From positions 1-56,195 of the forward strand of contig LJUI01000003.1 in NCBI GenBank assembly GCA_001303705.1: a stretch of DNA of 56,195 nt. Direction: 5' to 3'. This DNA comes from a candidate division TA06 bacterium SM23_40 (lineage in GTDB: Bacteria; LJUI01; SM1-40). Numbering within the stretch: the first letter of the stretch is position 1; every line of letters begins with the position of its first letter. Made by a program: the position numbers and the translations under genes. Under the pieces are notes generated by a model. That model had not been told where the DNA came from and ran no database searches. It saw only the letters and a list, made by a program, of their open reading frames with translations. This document shows, in pieces, positions 9,264 to 17,868 of the stretch.

Positions 9264-10457
9264 CTACCCCCGGTTTCCCCGGCGTCTCAGCGCCATCCGA
9301 TAGACGTTCTGCAGGCCTTCGTAGTGGAACTGGGCTGCGTACCTGGTCTCTGCCACGTCTCTGGCGTTGCGTCCCATCGCCTTCCGCTGACCTGGGTCGG
9401 CGGCAAGGCGCGCCATCTTCTCGGCAAGCTCCTCGACATTCCCCGGCTCGAAGAGATAACCGGTGCTACCATCTTCGACGACCTCCGCAAGGGCTCCCAC
9501 GCGGGAGGCGATCACCGGCTTCCCCAGAGCGTAGGTTTCAATCACGCTTAATCCAAATGTCTCGTAGAATTCAGAGGGTGCAACCACAAACATGGCTCCG
9601 CCCAACAGTTCTTTCACCCGGTCTCCGGGGACCTGTCCGCAGAATTCGACATTTCTGGCCCCATGTCTGGAGGCAAGCTCAGTCAAGGATCCTTTCAGAG
9701 GGCCATCCCCCACCAGGATGAAGCGAATATCCGGTACCAAGCTCGCTGCTCTGATGAGCGTCCCCACACCCTTGGTCTCGGCAAGCCTCCCGACATAGGC
9801 AACGTATCCATCGCTCACGTCGCTCACCGATCGATGCACTTCCAGATCCGTGAAGTGCGGGACTACACAGATCCGTTCTGGCGGTACGCCCCAGGAGACG
9901 AGCTTGCGGAGAAGGAATCTACTCGGTGTGATGAAGACATCGATCTGCTTCAGAAACAGATCGGATAGATCGCTTATGTAGCAGATAATCGCATGGAGCA
10001 GGCTCTCATCAATGCGATCATTGACACACCTGAGCGATACCGCGTGATAGTAATGCCCGCCACAGCAGCGTTCGCAGATCTTACCACGGACAAAGAGATC
10101 TCTCCCCGGGCACCGCAGGTGAAAGTCATGGACCGTCATTACCGTGGGAAGATCTAGCCTGCGTAATTCGTCCAACACCGAGAGAGAGAGAAGTGGAAAG
10201 AGGTTGTGCAGATGAACAACGTCTGGTTGCCAGGTGTCGACAAGGCGGGCAATCGTCTGCTTCGAACCGCTGGAGTAGATAGCTTGTAGGAAATATTTCG
10301 ACCGTGACATGAGGCCCGTCGGCCGGATCTCCTTGCTGTCGACATAGAACGGCCGGACGTCGTGACCTCTCGATCGGAGCAGCCGAATCTGATCGCGGCA
10401 GTACCGCTCTTGGCCGCCTTCCAGGCGCAATCGATTGTGAGAGACAAGTATCTTCGT
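9264..10457 (-). CDS. GT4 family glycosyltransferase (probable ACG start)
   Basis: Motifs DVVHLHN, TVHDF, YVGRLAETKG, ETFGLSVIE. The frame extends upstream of the TTG to ACG-KILVSHNR, which is 6 nt after AGGTGA. Confidence 0.85.
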   Translation of the reverse strand, partial: TKILVSHNRLRLEGGQERYCRDQIRLLRSRGHDVRPFYVDSKEIRPTGLMSRSKYFLQAIYSSGSKQTIARLVDTWQPDVVHLHNLFPLLSLSVLDELRRLDLPTVMTVHDFHLRCPGRDLFVRGKICERCCGGHYYHAVSLRCVNDRIDESLLHAIICYISDLSDLFLKQIDVFITPSRFLLRKLVSWGVPPERICVVPHFTDLEVHRSVSDVSDGYVAYVGRLAETKGVGTLIRAASLVPDIRFILVGDGPLKGSLTELASRHGARNVEFCGQVPGDRVKELLGGAMFVVAPSEFYETFGLSVIETYALGKPVIASRVGALAEVVEDGSTGYLFEPGNVEELAEKMARLAADPGQRKAMGRNARDVAETRYAAQFHYEGLQNVYRMALRRRGNRG

Positions 10458-10469
10458 CTTCGATCACCT

Positions 10470-10510
10470 AACTAGAAAGAGGCTGTGAGAGAGCAGACCC
10501 TCACAGCCTC
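10470..10510 (-). terminator. Terminator-like hairpin immediately before the GT4 SD (possible attenuator)
   Basis: Perfect 11-bp inverted repeat GAGGCTGTGAG/CTCACAGCCTC (10479-10510), followed on the minus strand by TTTCTAGTT. Confidence 0.55.
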
Positions 10511-10817
10511 GACTCACTGGTCAGCCTCGGTGAATAGCAAGAAGATCATCATGCTGACCGTTGTCATGAGCGGCTGGCTCGAGTCGTCCTCTCGGCATGT
10601 CCTGGACCCACCGTCCTCGACTGCCCTCGAGCCCCCCTCTAATACACCTCTCCCCCCGAACACACTCAAGACAACAGTGCGATGGGATATACCCATCGGC
10701 GCTGTCCGAGCCTCTACGTCGCCATGAACAACCCCCGAGATCGGGAGATCGCTCTCATGGCTCGGATGGTGGGCACGGCCAGCGGCCCGAACCTACCCGT
10801 ACACGTATCCTGGATAG

Positions 10818-10846
10818 ATACTACGCGCCTGCCACTGGTTTGTCAA
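10818..10846 (-). promoter_or_regulatory. sigma70-type promoter upstream of the glycan operon leader
   Basis: Minus strand TTGACA-17nt-TAGTAT. Confidence 0.65.
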
Positions 10847-11037
10847 GGGCAAAATGGGACAGATATCAAGGCAAAATAGGAGAGAAGGGCTGCACCTCAA
10901 CACTCGGGACTCCTGGCGGCCGATAGCAGCCGGCCACGACGTCCACTGATGCACTGAGCTGACGCCCCCGCAGAGCTGGAATAGTCTTATGCCTACTCGG
11001 CACCTGTCAGACGCTAGTCTCCTAGGTACGGCCTCTT

Positions 11038-12618
11038 TCAGCTATCCAGAATTCTGTCAGCTTCTTCCTTATCGCAGTCCATCACGTGCGGAATGCCGCT
11101 CACAGCTTCTGCCTCACGGGTGAGCGAGGCGATGTCCGTCCGGTCAAGGTATCCCAACGAGAACTTTCTCGCCCCGCACATCAGCTGTCTCAGGCCCTGT
11201 TCGAGTCGCCTCATGTAGGTGTAGAGCCCGATCGCCCCCGAAGGGATCCTGTCGAAATCTTTGCCGAATCTGCGCCTCAGTTCCGGCGCCGTGACGAATA
11301 TCTCCTCTCTCGTCCTGCCGAACCGTTCCACATAGACGGGGACTTGGGCATTGTCGATTGCCTTGCCGATATTCTTACCCACCATGCATGCAGCCAGTGG
11401 ACCGCGCGCCATACCTATCAGCTTGGTGTAGGGAGCACCCAGGGCCAGGCCCTTGAAGAGGTGGTCCTCCAGTATGAATCCGCCGGCGAACGCCACATCT
11501 GGAACATACTTGCCCTTCTTGGCAAGCCTGTCCACATACTGATAGGTGAGGGACCAGAGTTCAACTCCGGGAACACCCCATTCGCACATCATCCGCCACG
11601 GGCTCATACCCGTCCCGCCCCCTGCGCCATCGACCGTCAGCAGGTCGATCTTAGCCTCGGAGGCACACTTCACCGCAAGAGCGAGATCGCGCGGCCTGTA
11701 CGCACCCGTCTTGAGCGTGACATACCTCGCTCCAGCCTTCCGCAACTCCTCCGCTCTCTTGAAGAACGCTTCCTGATTTACCATACCAATTCTCGAGTGG
11801 CGCTCGAATTCGTGGAAGACGTGACGCTCGAACGCCTCGATCACACTCTCGTTGTACGGATCGGGCAGAACGACATATCCTCTGTCTTTTAGCATCTGGG
11901 CGCGCTTCAGATCCTTGATCTTCACCTCGCCGCCGATGTCCTTCGCGCCCTGACCCCATTTCAGCTCCACCACCTGAACGCCCAGCTTCTCGATCGCATA
12001 TTCCTGCACGCCGAGCCTCGTGTCCTCGACATTTGCCTGCAGGACAACGGCCCCGTACCCATCTTGCTGCCAGTCGGTGTACAGCCTCACGCGCTGCTCG
12101 AGCTGTGGCGACCGCACCACTCTCCCATTCTTGAGCTCCGTCTCCGGATCCATCCCGCAGATATTCTCGCCGATCGTGAGGATAATCCCGGAGAGCGCTG
12201 CGCCCGCTGCCAGTCCTTCCCAGTTATTCTTGGCTATCAGTGTGGAGCCGAGCCCGGGAACGACCATCGGCAGCCGGACCTTGATCCCCTGATCGTGGCC
12301 GATCGTCTGCTCCAGGCTCACGTTAGGAAAGATCGCCTTATCGGGATCGGCCTCCGTTCCATAGGCCCCAACACAGGAGCCGAGGATGGTAAAATGGGAC
12401 AAATCCACCGGATACTGCTTCTCACTCGCGGCAGTTATGATACCGAAAGGCTGAGGATAAATGGCCTCAACGCCCCGGTATGCAGACTTGCCGATCTCAC
12501 ACATCCCGATGCATCCATCCACACACGTGACACACATGCCGCTTATTGGGACAATGGAATCTTCTGTCCTGTTCTTCGTCAACGTCGCGGCTGTCGCGTT
12601 CGTCCTCGTCAGACTCAC
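11038..12618 (-). CDS. FMN-binding glutamate synthase family protein (stand-alone GltB2-like)
   Basis: Motifs ELKWGQGAKDIGGE and TVDGAGGGTGMSP; N-terminal CVTCVDGCIGMC; SD AAGGGAGG. Confidence 0.85.
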   Translation of the reverse strand: MSLTRTNATAATLTKNRTEDSIVPISGMCVTCVDGCIGMCEIGKSAYRGVEAIYPQPFGIITAASEKQYPVDLSHFTILGSCVGAYGTEADPDKAIFPNVSLEQTIGHDQGIKVRLPMVVPGLGSTLIAKNNWEGLAAGAALSGIILTIGENICGMDPETELKNGRVVRSPQLEQRVRLYTDWQQDGYGAVVLQANVEDTRLGVQEYAIEKLGVQVVELKWGQGAKDIGGEVKIKDLKRAQMLKDRGYVVLPDPYNESVIEAFERHVFHEFERHSRIGMVNQEAFFKRAEELRKAGARYVTLKTGAYRPRDLALAVKCASEAKIDLLTVDGAGGGTGMSPWRMMCEWGVPGVELWSLTYQYVDRLAKKGKYVPDVAFAGGFILEDHLFKGLALGAPYTKLIGMARGPLAACMVGKNIGKAIDNAQVPVYVERFGRTREEIFVTAPELRRRFGKDFDRIPSGAIGLYTYMRRLEQGLRQLMCGARKFSLGYLDRTDIASLTREAEAVSGIPHVMDCDKEEADRILDS

Positions 12619-12729
12619 TGCAATCCTCCTTCCCTTACGGGACCACCGATGGTTCTCCCGTCTCGATTACGCTATCGATCGCATACCTCTCCTTGATCCA
12701 TGCCCTTAGAATCACTGCTACAGAATCCC

Positions 12730-13419
12730 CTACTTCTCGGCTCCCTCCTTCACACATGTTCCACAGTCACCCGTAAGCCCCATCCAGCAGGCATAGTTGT
12801 CGTGGACCTCCAGGCAGGTAGGCTGAGTTGAGCTCTCGCATCTCCCGCACAGCACCTCCTCCGGCTGTGCGCCCTCGCACCTCAGCGTACACGCCGGGCA
12901 GATATACATGCAGCCTCCACATCGTCGGCACTCCTCGGAACTCTTGTCAAAGGGGGTGCTGATCCGCAACTTGTTGCCTCGGTCGACGAATCCCAGCGCC
13001 TTCGCCATCATCTGCTCTTCACACATCCGGACGCAGAGACCGCAGTAGATACAATTCTCCCACTTCGGCTTGAACCGTACTTCCTGCACTCCCATTTGCG
13101 CCGCGAGATCCTGTAATCTCTTCGAGGTGGGGCACTGCGCAATCAGAAGCTCCAGTATCAGCTTCCGCGCCTCCACAACGCGCTTTGTAGCCGTCCGCAC
13201 TACAAGCCCCTCTTCGACAGGGTATGTGCATGCAGTCACCAGTTTGGTTCTTTCTCCCTGTCCTATCTCGACCGTGCACAGGCGGCAGCCGCCCCAGGGC
13301 GACAACCCCTCCACATAGCAGAGAGTGGGGATCTCCAGCCCGAGGAACCGAGCAGTCTCCAATACTGTCCAGCCCTCTGGCGCATCGATTTCGATTCCGT
13401 CGATGGTGATTCGCGACAT
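12730..13419 (-). CDS. NuoG/HydA N-terminal-like Fe-S subunit ([2Fe-2S] plus 2x[4Fe-4S]) without a catalytic domain
   Basis: Motifs IPTLC...GGCRLCTVE...TACT, CIYCGLCVRMC, CRRCGGCMYICP, and a Cys-rich tail. Confidence 0.85.
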   Translation of the reverse strand: MSRITIDGIEIDAPEGWTVLETARFLGLEIPTLCYVEGLSPWGGCRLCTVEIGQGERTKLVTACTYPVEEGLVVRTATKRVVEARKLILELLIAQCPTSKRLQDLAAQMGVQEVRFKPKWENCIYCGLCVRMCEEQMMAKALGFVDRGNKLRISTPFDKSSEECRRCGGCMYICPACTLRCEGAQPEEVLCGRCESSTQPTCLEVHDNYACWMGLTGDCGTCVKEGAEK

Positions 13420-13428
13420 CCTCTCCTC

Positions 13429-15264
13429 CTATGATATGATAACCGCATCATACTTGCAGAGATCGTGGCATATTCCGCACTTAATACACTTCTCCTGAAT
13501 TATCGTGTGCAACTTCTTCGGTTCCCCCAGGATCGCCTCCTGTGGGCAGTTCTTCTTACACAGTACGCAACCGGTGCACGCTTCCTCGTCGATAGTGTAC
13601 TGAATCAGTGCCTTGCATACTCCAGCAGGACACTTCTTGTCCCTTATATGGGCCATATACTCATCTCTGAAGTACTCAATCGTCGACAGCACCGGATTGG
13701 CGGCAGTCTGGCCGAGCCCGCAGAGCGAGGTATCCTTCACCGTTTCACCCAACTGCTCGAGGAGATCGAGATCCTCTTCGCTCCCTCTGCCTTCCACTAT
13801 GTCGGTGAGTATCTCATACATCCTCTGCGTTCCTTCTCTGCAGGTAACACACTTACCACAGGATTCATCCTGCAAGAAGTGGGTGAAGTACCTCGCGACA
13901 TCAACCATGCACGTATTCTCATCCATTACGATCATGCCACCCGAACCCATGATCGACCCCGCCTCGGTCAGCGACTCATAGTCAACCGGCAGGCCAAACA
14001 GCTCGGCGGGGATGCATCCTCCGGAGGGACCACCTGTCTGAACCGCCTTGACGCTTTTGCCGCCCGGTGCGCCTCCCCCCACGTCGAAGATAACTTCGCG
14101 GAGCGTAATCCCCATGGGGACCTCAACGAGCCCCGTATTCGCTATCTTTCCCACGAGAGAGAATATCTTCGTGCCCTTACTCGTCTTTGTGCCGATGCCG
14201 GAGAACCAGTCTGCTCCCTTCTCGAGTATCTCCGGGACATTCGCCCACGTCTCGACGTTGTTTATGTTCGTAGGTCTGCCAAAGAGCCCCCGCTGCGCAG
14301 GGAACGGCGGCCTCTGTCTCGGCGTTCCACGCAGGCCCTCGATAGAATAGATGAGCGCAGTCTCCTCGCCGCAGACAAACGCACCAGCCCCTCTCGCCAC
14401 CTTGATGTCGAAGCTGAAACCTGAACCGAGTATGCTCTCGCCCAGCAACCCGAGCCCCTCTGCCTGCTCGAGCGCCAGCATGATATGCTTTACGGCCAAC
14501 GGATACTCATTACGAACGTAGATCCAGCCTTCGTTGGCGCCGATCGCATACGCGCCGAGAATCATCCCCTCGATAACCGAATGGGGATTGCTCTCCAGGA
14601 TGCTCCTGTCCATATATGCCCCGGGGTCACCTTCGTCGGCATTGCAGATTATGTATTTGACCGGCCCTGGCTGCTGTCGTGTCACCTCCCACTTCTTGCC
14701 GGTCGAGAAGCCGGCGCCTCCTCTCCCGCGGAGTCCGGAACGTTTGATCTCCTCTACGACCTCTTCGGGCTCCATCTCGAATATCTTGCCTAGCATGCGA
14801 TAGCCGCCCACTGCGATATAGTCATCTATCCGGGTGGGATCTATCAGGGGATTGTCCCCCATGATCGCGCGCACCTGGCTCCTGTAGAAGGGGATCTCAC
14901 ACAGGTGAACGAATCGATCGCCGTTCTCCGACACCACGAGGTTGTCGACGATCTCCTCCTTCAGCACGGACTCTACCACCCTTGAAGCATCGTCGGGCTT
15001 GAGGTGCTGGTAGAAGATTTCACCCGGATAGATTATGACGTTCGGCTCTGCGTTGCAGAACCCGTGACAACCGGTCACCCGCAGGGATATCCTATCCTCG
15101 TGTCCCCCGATCGCTTCCTCAAAAGCCTGCACGATATCGAGCGAACCCCGGGCCTGGCCGCAGGTCGCGGAGGATATCGATATGACCGCCCTGTCAGGAT
15201 CCCGATCCTTCACTATCTCCTTCCGCAACCGCTCAAGGTCATTAATCGATCGCAGGTTAGCCAT
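13429..15264 (-). CDS. NuoF/HydB-like NADH/FMN-binding subunit with extra N-terminal Trx-like and C-terminal 2x[4Fe-4S] domains
   Basis: Motifs GLRGRGGAGF, CNADEGDPGAYMDR, CGEETAL, GGPSGG, ESCGKCVTCREG, HIRDKKCPAGVC, CTGCVLCKKNCP. Confidence 0.92.
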   Translation of the reverse strand: MANLRSINDLERLRKEIVKDRDPDRAVISISSATCGQARGSLDIVQAFEEAIGGHEDRISLRVTGCHGFCNAEPNVIIYPGEIFYQHLKPDDASRVVESVLKEEIVDNLVVSENGDRFVHLCEIPFYRSQVRAIMGDNPLIDPTRIDDYIAVGGYRMLGKIFEMEPEEVVEEIKRSGLRGRGGAGFSTGKKWEVTRQQPGPVKYIICNADEGDPGAYMDRSILESNPHSVIEGMILGAYAIGANEGWIYVRNEYPLAVKHIMLALEQAEGLGLLGESILGSGFSFDIKVARGAGAFVCGEETALIYSIEGLRGTPRQRPPFPAQRGLFGRPTNINNVETWANVPEILEKGADWFSGIGTKTSKGTKIFSLVGKIANTGLVEVPMGITLREVIFDVGGGAPGGKSVKAVQTGGPSGGCIPAELFGLPVDYESLTEAGSIMGSGGMIVMDENTCMVDVARYFTHFLQDESCGKCVTCREGTQRMYEILTDIVEGRGSEEDLDLLEQLGETVKDTSLCGLGQTAANPVLSTIEYFRDEYMAHIRDKKCPAGVCKALIQYTIDEEACTGCVLCKKNCPQEAILGEPKKLHTIIQEKCIKCGICHDLCKYDAVIIS

Positions 15265-15743
15265 TACACTCTCTCCGCCTTCTGGATCTTCCTTACCAGA
15301 TTCACGGCCCCCTGCGCCGTCATCTCACCGTGGTACTCGCCGTCGACAACGACGATCGGCCCTATGGCGCAGCAACCGAGGCAATTGACAGTCTCTAGAG
15401 TAAACTCGAGGTCGGGCGTCGTCTCGCCAGCCTCGATCTCGAGTTCTCTCGCCAGTGCCTCAACTATTCTCGCTCCGCCACGGACATGACAGGCAGTACC
15501 CAGGCAGACCGTGACGATGTGCTCCCCTTTCGGCGCGAGACTGAATGAACGATAGAACGTAGCAACTCCATAGACGTCTCTGAGCGGAATGTCGAGTCTG
15601 GCAGCGACCTCCTGGAGTGCCGCCTCGGGGAGATAGTTGTAGTGCTCCTGAATATCCTGTAAAACCGCAATGAGGAATTCTCCCTGTCTCTCGATACTCT
15701 CTTCCACGACCATCGAGGCTTCCGCAACCGCTACTTCTGTCAT
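15264..15743 (-). CDS. NuoE/HydC-like [2Fe-2S] subunit
   Basis: Motifs VATFYRSF, VCLGTACHVRG, VNCLGCC. Its stop overlaps the next start (TAATG). Confidence 0.92.
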   Translation of the reverse strand: MTEVAVAEASMVVEESIERQGEFLIAVLQDIQEHYNYLPEAALQEVAARLDIPLRDVYGVATFYRSFSLAPKGEHIVTVCLGTACHVRGGARIVEALARELEIEAGETTPDLEFTLETVNCLGCCAIGPIVVVDGEYHGEMTAQGAVNLVRKIQKAERV

Positions 15744-15939
15744 CGATACCTCCGTCTCCTGCTCAATTGTTACTCCCGCGATTCATCGGGACAATGGAGA
15801 GGTGGATCGGTGACCCACCCCCCTCTCACCCCTGCTACTGGCTGGTGTCTCGGGACCGACCCCGCGGATCATCCAGGTGACGAAACCGCCAAGCAAGGAG
15901 GAATCACCGGACATCGCCAGGAATCGGCGACCACAGACT

Positions 15940-15974
15940 ATGTGAAAGATATCACGTAGTTATCCGGATGGCAA
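15940..15974 (-). promoter_or_regulatory. Promoter of the nuoEFG-like operon overlapped by a Rex/CRP-like palindrome
   Basis: Minus strand TTGCCA-17nt-TATCTT with a TG extension. ATGTGAAAGATATCACGT (15940-15957) covers the -10. Confidence 0.55.
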
Positions 15975-16415
15975 GAAGAATTTCTTCCGTCTGCAGGAAC
16001 ACATTCACCTGCCGATAGTTCCCGATGTCTCGCCTAGCCGTCAGTTTTGCGGTCCGACACCCGGCCCCGGCCCGATCGCCCGGTGATGCGAGTCCGGGCC
16101 TGGGCCCGGATACTGCACCCCCCACTGCCCTGAACGTGCTTGACAATATGAACAGGGACGTTGTATCACTGTGTACAGGCGGCGAAGCCGTCAGGATATC
16201 GGCGGACCTGCCACCGCTCCAGATCAATCGTTCCGAGACCGACATATTCGCCGGCGATGCTCAGGTCCACCGGCTCCCGAGCCACCGTCCAGCTGCTCAT
16301 TCAGTGGCTCTTGACGCCGGTCTCCACAGGCATCGCGTCGTATGGGCGATCATGCAACCGGGCGAGCATGCCAAAACAGCCGGGCAACAGGCTGCTCTAC
16401 TGAGGAGCGACTCAC

Positions 16416-17660
16416 ATGCCGCAGACGTCAATAGGTGATATGACCAGACAGCAGCTCAATCGCGCTGCGCAGACCGCCGACCTTGATCCCGATTTCCTCG
16501 CCATAATCGCCCACCCCAAGCGCGTCCTCAGGGTTTCTGTGCCCATTGAGATGGACGACGGCACAGTGCAGGTCTTCACGGGCTACCGCTGCCACTACAA
16601 CGCCCTTCGAGGACCTGTCAAGGGTGGGGTCAGATTCCATCCCGACGTCACGGAGGACGAGGTCATAGCGCTCGCAGCCTGGATGACATGGAAATGTTCC
16701 CTGATCGACCTGCCATACGGTGGAGCAAAGGGTGGCATAGCCTGCGACCCCGACGCGCTGTCGGAGCGCGAGCTGCGACATCTTACACGGCGATACACCA
16801 CAGAGATCATGCCGATCCTCGGCCCCGACATAGACATCCCTGCTCCCGACGTCTACACCAATGCTCGCAACATGGCATGGATCATGGATACCTACAGCAT
16901 GCTGACCGGCCATACCGAACCGGGCGTGGTCACCGGGAAGCCGGAAATACTCGGGGGGTCCCTCGGACGCAAGGAGGCCACGGGCAGGGGCGCGGCGATT
17001 ATCGCCCGGGAGCTGGTACAGGCCCTCAAGCTCGACATGAAGGACGTGACCGTAGCAATTCAGGGATTCGGCAACGTGGGCTCCTATGCAGCCTGCACAC
17101 TCGCCGGGATGGGAGCCAGGGTCGTGGCCGTGTCAGACAAGACTGGAGCCATCACTGACGAGAATGGATTCCCCGTCGAGGACCTCTGTGCCCACGTCGA
17201 GGAATCTGGCACGATCGACGGCTTCCCGGGCGCCCGTCTTCCCGGAGAAGAGTTATTCAGCCTTGACGTCGACCTGCTGGTGCCGGCAGCTCTGGAATGC
17301 CAGATCCACAAAAACAACGCTCCCCACGTGAGAGCGAAAATGATCGTGGAGGGCGCCAACGGGCCCATCACCCCCGAGGCCGATCATATTCTGGAAGAGA
17401 AGGGCACTATCGTCGTGCCGGACATCCTCGCCAATGCCGGCGGGGTCATCGTGAGCTATTTCGAGTGGGTGCAGGCAAGACAGGGAATGGCCTGGCCACT
17501 GGAGGATATCCGGGCCAGAATGGAAGGCCGGCTGAAGACCACATTCTGGGAGGTCTGGGACGAGGCGGCCACCTGCAAGACCTGCCTCCGCATGGCGGCC
17601 TACATTCTCGCCCTCAAGCGCATCGAACAGACCTACATGTTCAGAGGTCTCTTCCCCTAG
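16416..17660 (+). CDS. gdhA: Glu/Leu/Phe/Val dehydrogenase (glutamate dehydrogenase)
   Basis: Motifs GPVKGGVRFHP, GGAKGG, DIPAPD, VVTGKP, QGFGNVG, EGANGP, NAGGVIVSYFEW. Confidence 0.93.
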   Translation: MPQTSIGDMTRQQLNRAAQTADLDPDFLAIIAHPKRVLRVSVPIEMDDGTVQVFTGYRCHYNALRGPVKGGVRFHPDVTEDEVIALAAWMTWKCSLIDLPYGGAKGGIACDPDALSERELRHLTRRYTTEIMPILGPDIDIPAPDVYTNARNMAWIMDTYSMLTGHTEPGVVTGKPEILGGSLGRKEATGRGAAIIARELVQALKLDMKDVTVAIQGFGNVGSYAACTLAGMGARVVAVSDKTGAITDENGFPVEDLCAHVEESGTIDGFPGARLPGEELFSLDVDLLVPAALECQIHKNNAPHVRAKMIVEGANGPITPEADHILEEKGTIVVPDILANAGGVIVSYFEWVQARQGMAWPLEDIRARMEGRLKTTFWEVWDEAATCKTCLRMAAYILALKRIEQTYMFRGLFP

Positions 17661-17868
17661 ACTGCTAGAGATTCACCTCGCCGTCGATGTGGAGCGCCCG
17701 GCCGGCCTCCCTTCCAGCCGAAGGGCTCAACCCACTCGTCGCCCCGCTCCCACACGCAGAGAGACGACACAACCGCTCGGGCCGAGGTCGCAGCGCCGAG
17801 CACTATGAAATCTACAACTCTGGAGGCACTCAGGAACTTCGTCGGCATGACTCCTCGAGCCACCGACA

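Noticed and set aside
10470-10811. tmRNA or RNase P RNA (similar size, with promoter and terminator)
   Set aside because: No tRNA-like ends or CCA, and no GAGGAAAGUCC/P4 signature.
12730-15743. Respiratory complex I or [FeFe]-hydrogenase operon
   Set aside because: No membrane or other nuo genes nearby and no H-cluster motifs, so gene symbols were withheld.
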